Shown here: positions 18,186 through 27,582 of the stretch, in pieces | Layout of the letters: each line of letters opens with the position of its first letter | How positions within the stretch are numbered: position 1 is the stretch's first letter | DNA from: a virus | Length of the DNA: 64,000 bases | Virus record (IMG/VR): IMGVR_UViG_3300035701_000001 | Direction: 5' to 3' (one strand) | Position numbers and translations under genes: made by a program | Notes under the pieces: model-generated | Told to the model about the DNA's origin: nothing | The model's database searches: none | The model's input: the letters and a program-made list of their open reading frames with translations, nothing else

Positions 18186-18609
18186 TGTGCACTCGGTCCT
18201 GCTTGTTCCGTCTCCCGAGCATGTCAAAGCACTACTGTGCTGTGGACCTTGCGGAGCCCGTCCTCCAATGGCACACCGTGCTGTACGCCCCATGGGTGCA
18301 GACTTCGAAATGTTCTGGTGTGGAGCACAACTCACTGAGACTCCGTGGGGAACTGGATTTGTTCTTGTCCTTGCATGGGAAGGGGAGACGGTTCCCGAAG
18401 GAATGGATCGTGTGACTCGCTGCGTTGAAAAGAAGGGACAAATGGTGGATTCAGAGCACGAAAAGCACAACAACCTTTTTGCTGCAAACTGGATACATCA
18501 AGCGAATTTTTCGGATTTGAACAACAAGAAAAGCGGTGTACCTGCATTATTGCTCCAGTTTGGAACCCTCGTCTTTCTCGATGCGAACGGCAAGGAGATT
18601 CAGCCATGA
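18178..18609 (+). CDS. Array A paralogue A9
   Basis: GTG start; GPCGARPP...VLVLAWEG...LDANGKEI. Confidence 0.85.
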   Translation: MVDVHSVLLVPSPEHVKALLCCGPCGARPPMAHRAVRPMGADFEMFWCGAQLTETPWGTGFVLVLAWEGETVPEGMDRVTRCVEKKGQMVDSEHEKHNNLFAANWIHQANFSDLNNKKSGVPALLLQFGTLVFLDANGKEIQP

Positions 18610-19016
18610 CGAAACGGCTTCTCTGTGCCATTCTGCTGATTCCCGCCCTGGAAGATCCGCTGGGACTTCTCCAGGAAGGCCCCTGTGGAGCCAGGCCTCC
18701 CCTGGCAATGAAGCCGGACTGCGAAATCCACGGGGCCCAGTGGATCCTCGGCAAGGAAGTTCCCTGCTGCCAGAACGCAGGACACAGCATTCTCATGGGA
18801 AACTGCGTGGAGGCCCTTGTACTCGTCTGGGACGGCAAACCGGTCCGCGAAGGGTGCGGGAAGCTGGAAGAAGCCTGGATGCCCTATGTGGCCGTCCGCT
18901 GGATTGACCAGGTTCTCCTGGAGATCCTGCAGGGAACCTCACGCAAGTCTCTCGGGGAAGATTGCCCCGGAACGCTCGTGTTCCTCGATGCCGAAAGGCG
19001 GGAGATCACTCCATGA
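18606..19016 (+). CDS. Array A paralogue A10
   Basis: LLQEGPCGARPP...CEIHG...ALVLVWDG...LDAERREI. Confidence 0.85.
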   Translation: MTKRLLCAILLIPALEDPLGLLQEGPCGARPPLAMKPDCEIHGAQWILGKEVPCCQNAGHSILMGNCVEALVLVWDGKPVREGCGKLEEAWMPYVAVRWIDQVLLEILQGTSRKSLGEDCPGTLVFLDAERREITP

Positions 19017-19423
19017 CTACTACTCCTGTCCACGCCGTTCTGCTCACCCCGGAGAAGGGGGACCCTCTCGGCCTGCTCCACGGGGAACCGTGCGGAGCCA
19101 AACCCCCCATCGCGTTTCGCGTGGACTGCAAGATCCACGGGGTTGGATGGTTCGCGGCCAACGAGAAACCCTGCTGCCTGAACGCGGGAATCCACCTCAT
19201 GGCAGGAGAGTCCACGGAAGCTCTGGTCCTCGTCTGGAAGGGAGAACCCGTTCCGATGGGGATGGACCGGGTACGTCGCTGTGGGCTCGACATCGAGGAC
19301 GACGAGGTCCTTCGGAACGCAGAAGATTGGGCGACCATCGGAATCATGGAGGGGACCGTCGTTCTGCTCGATGTACGGGGGACCAAAGGCCCTCCCACTC
19401 ACTGCAGCCGAACAGAACCGTAG
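19013..19423 (+). CDS. Array A paralogue A11
   Basis: LLHGEPCGAKPP...CKIHG...ALVLVWKG...GTVVLLD. Confidence 0.85.
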   Translation: MTTTPVHAVLLTPEKGDPLGLLHGEPCGAKPPIAFRVDCKIHGVGWFAANEKPCCLNAGIHLMAGESTEALVLVWKGEPVPMGMDRVRRCGLDIEDDEVLRNAEDWATIGIMEGTVVLLDVRGTKGPPTHCSRTEP

Positions 19424-19435
19424 AAGGTAAATTCC

Positions 19436-19903
19436 ATGAAGAAGACCTCTGCTTCGACAATGAAACGGTCCGCTCTCCTCCTGGTCCCGGATCCGGGCTT
19501 TCCCGAAGGCCTGCTCCGGGAAGGACCCTGTGGGGCAAAGCCACCCGTCCTCGCCCGTGCGGAAGGCCTTGCCCTCAAGGAATGGGTCGATACGGGCTGG
19601 GGGCCGGACTTTACCGACCTCGGACCAGGATTCCGCAACCTCCAGCGGGCGCTCGTCCTCGTCTGGGAAGGAGAACCCGTTCCCGAAGGGATGCACCGGC
19701 TGGCGGATTGCCTGACTTCCCTGCTGGAAAAAAATCCGAACATGACCCCCTTTACGTTCCTGACACAGGGGATGTCCGGCCCGATGGTGCTCGGCAAGTG
19801 CGCCGAGCAGGCGGGGCTCGGAACCCTGGTGCTCCTCGACGAGGAAGGCAAGGAAATTCCGAGAACTGCTGACCTGGAAAGGATGGAAAGGGTGGTTTCA
19901 TGA
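19436..19903 (+). CDS. Array A paralogue A12
   Basis: LLREGPCGAKPP...ALVLVWEG...GTLVLLDEEGKEI. Confidence 0.85.
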   Translation: MKKTSASTMKRSALLLVPDPGFPEGLLREGPCGAKPPVLARAEGLALKEWVDTGWGPDFTDLGPGFRNLQRALVLVWEGEPVPEGMHRLADCLTSLLEKNPNMTPFTFLTQGMSGPMVLGKCAEQAGLGTLVLLDEEGKEIPRTADLERMERVVS

Positions 19904-20181
19904 AGGATAACCCAGCCTGGATCGCAGCCATCCTGGCGAGCATTCCCCCGGCAGGGATCGTGGCCAACACCGAATACCCGATTCGTATAGGAGAGACGGA
20001 AGCCGTTCCTCCGCCGGACCCGACTCTTCCTCTGGACTTCTCGACCGCTGCCACGCCAAGACCCCGAAAGGGGTCCTTCCATCGGCCCGGCTTTGACGAA
20101 AAGGCCTTCTGGGAGAAGGTCGAGCACCGCCGGAAGAAGAACAAGGTGGCTCGCAAGGCCCGCAGGAAAAACAAGAAGTAA
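19900..20181 (+). CDS. hypothetical protein with basic C-terminus
   Basis: ATGA-coupled; RRKKNKVARKARRKNKK tail. Confidence 0.7.
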   Translation: MKDNPAWIAAILASIPPAGIVANTEYPIRIGETEAVPPPDPTLPLDFSTAATPRPRKGSFHRPGFDEKAFWEKVEHRRKKNKVARKARRKNKK

Positions 20182-20194
20182 CGGGAGAAACACC

Positions 20195-20608
20195 ATGCCT
20201 ATTGACCAGGCAGTCCTCGACGAAGCTATTGCAGCATTCCATGGAGCCAAGAACGCCAAAAAGGAAGCGGACGATGCGTTGTGTCTTGCACGGAAGCGCA
20301 TTGACCTGGCCTACCAGGAAGTACAGCAAGCTCGCATCCGATGGTGCGAGGCCATAAAAGGATCTGGACAAGAAGCCGCTTTCCTCGTTCCATGGGAACA
20401 CATTGCCTGGAGTGATTCCAAGAAACAGTGGCAACCCATGGGAGGTTCCCACTGCATGCAGGCCATCGAGGAATTCGTCCTGCTCGCAGGCGTTCTCGGA
20501 ACCTCCGTTTCCTTCGAGTTCAACGGAACGGTACTGTCCGTGGACTCTGGTTCGAACCCGAGCAGGATCGAGGTTATCTACTGGGAAAAACGGGGTGTGT
20601 CATGGTGA
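20195..20608 (+). CDS. hypothetical protein
   Basis: GGGAG SD before ATG 20195. Confidence 0.7.
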   Translation: MPIDQAVLDEAIAAFHGAKNAKKEADDALCLARKRIDLAYQEVQQARIRWCEAIKGSGQEAAFLVPWEHIAWSDSKKQWQPMGGSHCMQAIEEFVLLAGVLGTSVSFEFNGTVLSVDSGSNPSRIEVIYWEKRGVSW

Positions 20609-21129
20609 TGACCGACCTCTCTTCTCTTCCCGATCTCACGGAAGAGGAAAAGGACCTGGCCTCCGTTTCCCCCATTCGGGCCATCAAGGCGGTTCGAGCA
20701 CGGACAAATCTCAGCCTCTGGGAATCGAAGCGCCGCATCGACACCTACCTGGATTCCAGGAAATGCCTTCAGCAAGAGTTTCCACTCTTGTTCTTCAACG
20801 GACAGACCTACAACCTGCGGGAGTTGGAGGTCCAACTCCAGGTATTGCGGCGGCTTGTCGAGGCCGATTCCGTCCGGTGTCCTTCAATCGGACTCCCTGT
20901 GTGGGAACGCTACCACTACGATGGAGACTTCACCGGAATACTCGCTGAGGGATGGAAGTTCGGGAACGTCTTGTATACGAGTCAGGAATGGCCCCATCCT
21001 CCCCCCAGCATTCTCATCCAGATCGTGGTTCTCGACCTCTCCCAGTTCTTCCCCGTCACCGTGAACAGCCCCGAAGACCTCGATCTCCGGGCGCTCCATG
21101 CCGTCGCCTTGCACCGGATTGCCTCGTGA
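20602..21129 (+). CDS. protein with a ribosomal L7/L12 C-terminal-like motif
   Basis: PIRAIKAVRARTNLSLWESKRRID resembles IxAIKxVRxxTxLxLxEAKxxVD. Confidence 0.6.
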   Translation: MVMTDLSSLPDLTEEEKDLASVSPIRAIKAVRARTNLSLWESKRRIDTYLDSRKCLQQEFPLLFFNGQTYNLRELEVQLQVLRRLVEADSVRCPSIGLPVWERYHYDGDFTGILAEGWKFGNVLYTSQEWPHPPPSILIQIVVLDLSQFFPVTVNSPEDLDLRALHAVALHRIAS

Positions 21130-21611
21130 ATCCGACCCCCCACAGGGAATGGTTCTTGGAGAGGGTCCTCGGTCCCCTGTTCGAACCAATCCTCCTCTCT
21201 CTCGTCGACTGGGAAGAAGAAGTGGACAAGGCCACCTCAATTCTCCTGGTTGCGACCCTTCGATTCCTTGCAAAGGTACAGAGGGAGTACCTCGATGCGC
21301 GGCGCAAGGAGGCTCTCTTACCGGATCAGACGACGATGACCTTCTGTTGGAAGGAGGACAAACCGGGACTCGTCTACCTGGAAAGCGTCCAGAAGGCTCC
21401 GATGATTGCAGAGAACGTCGTCTGGATTTCGAAGCGGACTTCCCATATGGCCAACCCGGTAAACTTGCAAGACCTGATCCATTCCGAAGTCGAAGTCCAC
21501 TGTTCCTTCCTCCTCCTGCTCCCCACCGTCCAGGAGAAGGTGGAGAGGTCGGTGTACAAATTGATCCGTCACAAGCTCGATTACCCTCATGTGCTGGAGT
21601 CGATTTCATGA
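21126..21611 (+). CDS. hypothetical protein
   Basis: GTGA/ATGA overlaps. Confidence 0.65.
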   Translation: MNPTPHREWFLERVLGPLFEPILLSLVDWEEEVDKATSILLVATLRFLAKVQREYLDARRKEALLPDQTTMTFCWKEDKPGLVYLESVQKAPMIAENVVWISKRTSHMANPVNLQDLIHSEVEVHCSFLLLLPTVQEKVERSVYKLIRHKLDYPHVLESIS

Positions 21612-21916
21612 GCCATGCAAGCGATGTTGCGACGTGGATCCGGGAGACAGAGAAGCTGCGCGTCGTGTCCTGGACTCCTTCTCTCGAAGCCGAACGTCTC
21701 ATCGGTATCTACGAAGTTGCCAAGCGCAGGATTCTCGCAGGGCGGTTCAACGGAGGCAACCTCTCGACAGATCAGCAGACGGGAAGCCTGCTTGTCATCT
21801 ACGGACCCAACGCCCTTGCCGCGCTGGATTTGCAGCCCGAGTCCCTCCGGAAGACGGGGGAACGGCAATGGCCTGGCCTGCGGGAACGGATTGTGAAGGC
21901 CTTGAAGGAAACGTGA
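21608..21916 (+). CDS. hypothetical protein
   Basis: ATGA-coupled. Confidence 0.7.
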   Translation: MSHASDVATWIRETEKLRVVSWTPSLEAERLIGIYEVAKRRILAGRFNGGNLSTDQQTGSLLVIYGPNALAALDLQPESLRKTGERQWPGLRERIVKALKET

Positions 21917-21950
21917 TGAGTTTACGGGATTTTTCCCGAGGGAGAAGGGC

Positions 21951-22556
21951 ATGAATCTGAACATCGAAAAGACACAGGTCATCGAGAATGCACGGGTTCT
22001 CCAGGGGTTGTTGGAAAGAGCCCATGAAGCTGGATTCGGCCGATGGGTTTCCCATGCCGAGAACCAGGTTTTCCAGGATGAAACAGAGTGGATTCCCGAC
22101 ATCCTCTCGTTCACCTACCGGGGAACACAGTTCTTCGCTCGGGTCGAAGAAACCGAGGTGGTCGTGGAGCACGCCGATGAAAACCGCCAGCATCCCGAGG
22201 TAGGACGAGTGGTCTTCTCCTCCCAAGAACCCCTGGACATCGTGAATGTCGTCCTTCGGATCCAGGCCCTGCTGAACCCACTCATCCCCTTGGACATCTG
22301 TCTCACAAAAGAGGGGGATACCCTCGGGTTCCGGTACGACAAAGGGGCGGATACGGAGCCGATCCGCACCGAGTATCCCTATACACTCCACGTTTTTGCA
22401 TTCCACAGAGTCTGCGGCGGTGAGGTTTTCGCGTGCCGTACGTCTCCGACCCACATCGCGATGTGCTGCAAGGCCTGCTACCTGCGTGTCGTCCTTCCGG
22501 ACACAGTCTTGACATTGGGGGACTTGAGGGCATGGGCAGTTAGGAACAGTTCATGA
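21951..22556 (+). CDS. hypothetical protein with C-terminal CxxC pairs
   Basis: HRVCGG...CCKAC. Confidence 0.72.
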   Translation: MNLNIEKTQVIENARVLQGLLERAHEAGFGRWVSHAENQVFQDETEWIPDILSFTYRGTQFFARVEETEVVVEHADENRQHPEVGRVVFSSQEPLDIVNVVLRIQALLNPLIPLDICLTKEGDTLGFRYDKGADTEPIRTEYPYTLHVFAFHRVCGGEVFACRTSPTHIAMCCKACYLRVVLPDTVLTLGDLRAWAVRNSS

Positions 22557-23056
22557 CAAAAGCCAATCCCATCGACGGGGTCTGGTTCATCCTGGCTCAC
22601 CTGGGCAAGGGACCCCTTCTGCCTGAGGACATTCCCCAGGATTACTACCTCGTCTGCACGACGATTCTCGATGGGAACTGGCCCGTCGCCCTGTGGTTCC
22701 CTCAAACGGTACGAACCTGTCCGAACGATTTGAACACCCGCAATCAGACCGACCGTTGGGCATCGGAATGCCTGGAATGGTGGAACCGGGGAACGCAGAG
22801 CGGAAAACCCTTCGATCAATGGGTTGAAACTCCACCTCACAACTTCCTTTTCGCGGATTCCAACCTTCCGGGAAACGTGTTCTCCTTTGACAAAGAAGGA
22901 AGTTTGGACCTGAAACTCATCCAGAAGATCTCCGTGCACTTCGTCTGCCTGTTGCGGAGTGTATGGCCTACGTGGTGCATCTGGGGAGATGCCGAGGGAA
23001 TTCCCGTGCACCCAAGCTGGAAGACTGCCACGTTCCATGAGGAGGACATCGAATGA
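22553..23056 (+). CDS. hypothetical protein
   Basis: ATGA overlaps at both ends. Confidence 0.7.
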   Translation: MTKANPIDGVWFILAHLGKGPLLPEDIPQDYYLVCTTILDGNWPVALWFPQTVRTCPNDLNTRNQTDRWASECLEWWNRGTQSGKPFDQWVETPPHNFLFADSNLPGNVFSFDKEGSLDLKLIQKISVHFVCLLRSVWPTWCIWGDAEGIPVHPSWKTATFHEEDIE

Positions 23057-23277
23057 AAACGCGCGAATCCCTGCAGATCACCGACTCCGAAGTCATCGAT
23101 CTCCTCGATGAAATCCACGAAGAAGCACGGCTGGGCGTGCAGTTCCTCCAGGCTAAGATCGATGTGTTGGAGTCCGTGCTGTCCGAGGACGTGTTCCAAG
23201 GTCTTTCGAACGCCCAAGCCAACCTGGACCGGATCGAACGCGCCTCGAAGCGCGGAGAGAGGAAGAAGACGAGATGA
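23053..23277 (+). CDS. small coiled-coil protein
   Basis: ATGA overlaps at both ends. Confidence 0.7.
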   Translation: MKTRESLQITDSEVIDLLDEIHEEARLGVQFLQAKIDVLESVLSEDVFQGLSNAQANLDRIERASKRGERKKTR

Positions 23278-23825
23278 CAACCCCAGATCTGACCCTTCCG
23301 GGGACGATTCCTAACCTGTTGCACCGCACAAGCCCGGTCGTGCTTGATTTCGACGGCAAGCTCGTACTCGGTGTCATCGTCGGGACGGACGACCGCCCGG
23401 AGAATCAGCGAGTGGGCCCGTGGCTGGTGGCGACGGTCGAGGACTGGCCGGACTTTCCCCTCGAAGTCGAGGACATGACTCGCTCGTGCAGCGAAGCCGA
23501 GCTTTCCTTGGACCTCACCCACGAGACCGGACGGGCACACGCACGGAAATGGCTGGCAAGGCGTTTTAACTTGCCCACCGAACAAGGAACGCGGTGGCGA
23601 CAGCATAGGAGAGAGTATATCGAGGACCCCAGGTGGGTCATCGAAGGAAGTAACGCCAATTCCTCTCAGGATTTCGGGTGGCCGAAGTTCGGAAACCTGC
23701 TTGTTCCATCCCTTGCCGGTCTCGACCCTGACGATCCTCGAACACTGACCGATGGCTCCAAGTGGGTCGATGTCGAAGCTCTCCACCGAGTGTGCCTGCA
23801 GGTTGCAAGTCTGGAGACCCCATGA
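23274..23825 (+). CDS. hypothetical protein
   Basis: ATGA-coupled; 183 aa. Confidence 0.75.
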   Translation: MTTPDLTLPGTIPNLLHRTSPVVLDFDGKLVLGVIVGTDDRPENQRVGPWLVATVEDWPDFPLEVEDMTRSCSEAELSLDLTHETGRAHARKWLARRFNLPTEQGTRWRQHRREYIEDPRWVIEGSNANSSQDFGWPKFGNLLVPSLAGLDPDDPRTLTDGSKWVDVEALHRVCLQVASLETP

Positions 23826-24772
23826 TGTGTTGCAAGTCTGGAGACCACGAAATGACAACGCTTTTTCCATGGTGTGACCGACGTATCTCCGGGATCAGCC
23901 AGGGGAAGTACATCCAGCGGTTTGACTCGGCCGGAGGTGGACACCTGGTTGTCTGTATTCCCATTGAACTGAAGCACCTGCAGCCACTCATCGACCAGGA
24001 ATTGCAGACAGCCGGGTTTCAAGTCGAAGAGCCCGTCGAGAAGGAAAACGATTCTCCAGCCCCTGCCGGACAGAAGGTCTTGTACGGACAGGAGTACAAC
24101 GACGCAATGCTCCGTGGGTGTCCGAAGTGTCATGCAGCCCCTGGACAACTGTGTGCGGATCGGGGTGGGAGATTCCTGCAGCGAAGCGTTTTCCACGAAG
24201 AACGCGCACTCCCTTCCAAACCAGATCCTGTCTTTCGGACATCGGAAACCCCCTCTCCTCTGTCGAGCGTGATATGTCCCACATGCAAGGCCAAGCCCGG
24301 AGAACCCTGCTGGGAACAAGACATTCCTGGCATCACAGGACGTAGGGCCCTGACCTTGTTTCATACGGCTCGTTACGAGACAGCATGTCGTGCGGCTCGT
24401 CATCCCATGCCAGAACCGAAAACAGGCAAGGGAATATCGAAGGAAGAGGATACAGGGATCTGTATCCGGTCCCTTCCCGATGACTTGCGGGCTGATGGAT
24501 GGTCCGTCGCCGTGCACAACGACTATCACCAGGATGGCAAATGCTTCACGTTCTGGTTGTTCACAAAGGGCAACCGGGCTGTGAAAGGAGAAGGGTTCAC
24601 CGATGCGGAAGCCCTGGACCAGGTTCGCAAGGGGGTGGTCATTCTCTCGATGTCCTGTCCCGCATGCCATTCTCTTCCCGGAGTCCCCTGCTACGCGGAC
24701 ATGGATTATCCACCCGGAAGTATCCATCCCGAGCGCACCGAAGCCTACTGGAAACGGCCTGTTGGACCATGA
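23822..24772 (+). CDS. multi-domain protein with three CPxCxAxxGxxC...HxxR zinc fingers
   Basis: Three finger copies plus GWSVAVHNDY...TFWLFTKG...KGEGFTDAEAL domain. Confidence 0.78.
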   Translation: MMCCKSGDHEMTTLFPWCDRRISGISQGKYIQRFDSAGGGHLVVCIPIELKHLQPLIDQELQTAGFQVEEPVEKENDSPAPAGQKVLYGQEYNDAMLRGCPKCHAAPGQLCADRGGRFLQRSVFHEERALPSKPDPVFRTSETPSPLSSVICPTCKAKPGEPCWEQDIPGITGRRALTLFHTARYETACRAARHPMPEPKTGKGISKEEDTGICIRSLPDDLRADGWSVAVHNDYHQDGKCFTFWLFTKGNRAVKGEGFTDAEALDQVRKGVVILSMSCPACHSLPGVPCYADMDYPPGSIHPERTEAYWKRPVGP

Positions 24773-25026
24773 CCTGTTCCCCCCGGTTTACAGGCTTCGT
24801 CGTCTGCCTTCACCATGCCCACGACGACCGTCGGGGTCCCGGTGGGGTCTCTTTGGGCTCGGGAGTGCTGAGAAAATGGCCCTGCGCAGGCGGGGAGGTT
24901 CCCTGGGAACATCGGCAGACGGACCCCTCGTGGAAAATGGCCCGCTGGCCCTGTATCCATCGGCCGGATGAACCCCCTCGGGAAACCTGTCCTGCCTTCC
25001 TACGAGAAGAAGACTTCAAACCCTGA
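24769..25026 (+). CDS. hypothetical protein
   Basis: ATGA-coupled; last gene before P4. Confidence 0.5.
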   Translation: MTCSPRFTGFVVCLHHAHDDRRGPGGVSLGSGVLRKWPCAGGEVPWEHRQTDPSWKMARWPCIHRPDEPPRETCPAFLREEDFKP

Positions 25027-25150
25027 TCTTCACGTGAAGACGCATCAAGAGCCCAAGAAAAACCAGAGACCGAGACCAGGACCTCACCGAGGGAAACCTC
25101 TGTTGAAACGCCTAGAAACAGAGTGGATATCCAATCTTGAATAAAATTGT

Positions 25151-25179
25151 TTGACACAGCTTGTGTCATCGAGTAGAAG
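25151..25179 (+). promoter_or_regulatory. sigma70-like promoter P4 with perfect operator TGACACA-GCT-TGTGTCA
   Basis: TTGACA-17-TAGAAG; AT-rich upstream tract. Confidence 0.88.
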
Positions 25180-25211
25180 GAAGAGGCTGGTTCTCATCCA
25201 GGGAGAAGACC

Positions 25212-25823
25212 ATGGCCTCGAAGATCGTTCCCGCCGAAGAAGGAAAAAACCTGGAACCTGGCTGGTACTGGGTCCATTGGAAGGATGGTCACGATGCCTG
25301 TGCTGTCGTGAGCATCGGATCGGATGGGACTCGCTTCATCGTTCCAGAGGATTGGTGCAAACCCAGGACCGACTTCGACTGGCAGAGAGACATCGAGTCC
25401 ATGGAGTTTCTTGACTTCGAATCTCGTGGAGAGGACGGGCTCGTCCCGCACGACATCGGAGTGATCCTCACCGACGAGTGCGAGTTCATCGTGAACCGGG
25501 ACATCGAGCCAACGACTCCTCTGGAGAAGGCGGTCGTGAAGCTCATCGACGAACGGGACAGCCTCCACACGAACATCGAGAACATCCGGCGTGATCTGAG
25601 ACAGGCCAACGAGACACGAGGGGTGCTGGCCGCAGAAGCTGCCAACCTCCTCCGCGAAAACAAGGTTCTCCAGGAGCGATGGAAGGAGGCGGTCGAACTG
25701 CTGCGGGAATGGCACGATGACGCCAACAACTGCCCTCAGGCCCTCTGCGAGGGGTGTCCCCTTTTCGCGTGGTGTGAAAAGGTGGAAACCTTTCTCGATG
25801 CCGTTGACAAAAAGCAGGGATGA
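25212..25823 (+). CDS. hypothetical protein with coiled coil
   Basis: GGGAG SD; first gene after P4. Confidence 0.75.
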   Translation: MASKIVPAEEGKNLEPGWYWVHWKDGHDACAVVSIGSDGTRFIVPEDWCKPRTDFDWQRDIESMEFLDFESRGEDGLVPHDIGVILTDECEFIVNRDIEPTTPLEKAVVKLIDERDSLHTNIENIRRDLRQANETRGVLAAEAANLLRENKVLQERWKEAVELLREWHDDANNCPQALCEGCPLFAWCEKVETFLDAVDKKQG

Positions 25824-25826
25824 ACC

Positions 25827-26096
25827 ATGAAAGTCCGCTGTCCCTTCTGCTCTGCGATGTTCAATGCTCCAAAGGAGGCCTTGGACAAGGACAAGCTCAT
25901 GGTTCACTTGCAGATGGAGTGGAAGAAAAAGTGGGACAACCGCTTCGAACAGGCAAGCCATACGCCGAACTACCGGGAAGCCTACATGGATGGGGCTCTC
26001 GACATCTTTGAGGTCTTGCTGACCTTCGAAGAGGACTTGCAGCTTCTTGATTCCATGACGGCTCTCCTGGAAACCATGAAACGAGGGGAAGGCTGA
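25827..26096 (+). CDS. C2H2-like hypothetical protein
   Basis: CPFC...HLQMEW. Confidence 0.7.
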   Translation: MKVRCPFCSAMFNAPKEALDKDKLMVHLQMEWKKKWDNRFEQASHTPNYREAYMDGALDIFEVLLTFEEDLQLLDSMTALLETMKRGEG

Positions 26097-26521
26097 TGGT
26101 TCAACGGCCGGACATCGAGGAAATCCGCGAACGCGCTCAATCCTGGAGGAAGCATCCGGTGGATACCGACCGGGACATCGGAATCCGCTATCTCTGTACG
26201 GACTGCCTCTCGCTTTGCGACTACCTCGAATTCCTTGAAGGTGAACTCAAAAAAACACGTGAGAATGTCGGAGAGTTGACCATTGCACTTCTGGGGGTCA
26301 AGGAAGGGCACGAACAGAAATCAGAAGTCGTCCTGGCCCACGTCGACCTCCACTGTGAACACCGGGCCTGCTTTCCTCCCTTCGATGAGGTCAAGGCACG
26401 CTCCATGACGGCAGACCAGGTACGAGAGGCCTACCCCCGGTTCGTCGGGGTCTGCCCTACCTGCGGGGAAAACGTCATCGCGTATGCGTCCATGAACCAC
26501 TACCATAGGGGAGACTGGTGA
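26096..26521 (+). CDS. hypothetical protein (RPDIEEIRERA N-terminus)
   Basis: TGATG overlap; CEH...CPTCG. Confidence 0.72.
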   Translation: MVQRPDIEEIRERAQSWRKHPVDTDRDIGIRYLCTDCLSLCDYLEFLEGELKKTRENVGELTIALLGVKEGHEQKSEVVLAHVDLHCEHRACFPPFDEVKARSMTADQVREAYPRFVGVCPTCGENVIAYASMNHYHRGDW

Positions 26522-27225
26522 TGGGCTATGACCTTGCCATCCGGACTCTTCCCCTGCGGGACGACTCAATCATTCCCGTCGACTTCTTCAACGATTCCCA
26601 CAGGACTCTCCTTGAGATTCTCGGCCGTACGCTCCCTTTTGAACCGGTCGAGCATGAGGATACTGTGTGGAGATGCACCGAGTGCGGACGCACCCGTCGT
26701 TTTTCTGTCTCCGTCCTGGCCTACACCCAAAAAGAGTTCTGGTTCCGGCCGAATGCAAACGACAAGGACCTTGCCTGCAACAACGTCGTCTTTCTGCAAA
26801 CCTGGGAACACGATGGTCAAGCCCATTGGGACCGTTGGGGTTGGACAACACCCCGTGTGCGGAGCGCCGAGCATGGGCCCCGCTGGACCCCACCTGCGAA
26901 GGCAAAGCTGTTGCGCGAAGTTCCCGGATGCTGCCCTGGTACGACCTGGGACTGGCCCGAGGCGGACCGGGCCGCCGAACAGGTGGCTTTCCTCGCACTC
27001 CTGCCGTTCTGGGTCGAGGCCTACCGGGCGTTGCAGCAGGGGATCCAACAGGAACCGAATGGTTGGACACAGGGAGGACTTCCCTTCCCTTCCGAATGGA
27101 TGAGGGACTCCCTCGCACCCATCGTGCTCTACCATCGCCTCCAGCGCCTGGAGCATGCGATGGCCGAGGTGGTCAACAAGATGAACCAGGCCGGGCATTC
27201 CCTCTCGTTCGGAACCCAGAGGTAG
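26518..27225 (+). CDS. hypothetical protein
   Basis: Coupled start; CTECG. Confidence 0.72.
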   Translation: MMGYDLAIRTLPLRDDSIIPVDFFNDSHRTLLEILGRTLPFEPVEHEDTVWRCTECGRTRRFSVSVLAYTQKEFWFRPNANDKDLACNNVVFLQTWEHDGQAHWDRWGWTTPRVRSAEHGPRWTPPAKAKLLREVPGCCPGTTWDWPEADRAAEQVAFLALLPFWVEAYRALQQGIQQEPNGWTQGGLPFPSEWMRDSLAPIVLYHRLQRLEHAMAEVVNKMNQAGHSLSFGTQR

Positions 27226-27228
27226 ACC

Positions 27229-27582
27229 ATGAAAGCAACGGGACTCGAACTCAAGCAATTCTACCAGGACTGGCCTCCTGGCAAGGACTTCTATATCGAC
27301 GAATCCGGGTTCGAAGACGAAAACGGGAACTGGATCCTGGAGCCGGACACGATCTACGAGATCAAGAACCTCGGATTTCTCGGCTGGCAAGGACAGGGTG
27401 GCTGGAAGAACGAACCGAAAGACGAACGCCTGTACACCCTCGAATACTGGTTTGAGAAATGGAAGGTTGGCCACGTCGATACGATGCTCACCGTGACCCT
27501 GCCGGACGACGAAGTCGAAGCGTTCCGCATCCTCTGTGTGGAACACGGATGGAAGGTGTCCGGATGGAAGGTGTCGGAATGA
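27229..27582 (+). CDS. hypothetical protein
   Basis: GAGG SD. Confidence 0.75.
   Translation: MKATGLELKQFYQDWPPGKDFYIDESGFEDENGNWILEPDTIYEIKNLGFLGWQGQGGWKNEPKDERLYTLEYWFEKWKVGHVDTMLTVTLPDDEVEAFRILCVEHGWKVSGWKVSE

Noticed and set aside
13431-19903. Diversity-generating retroelement behind Array A
   Set aside because: No reverse transcriptase or near-identical TR/VR pair with adenine-specific differences seen in the window; inserts differ in length and are unalignable.
13431-19903. Integron cassette array
   Set aside because: Genes overlap with no intergenic attC sites, and no integrase is present.
27546-27575. 15-bp tandem duplication (GWKVS x2) at a gene end
   Set aside because: Simple slippage with no evident consequence.
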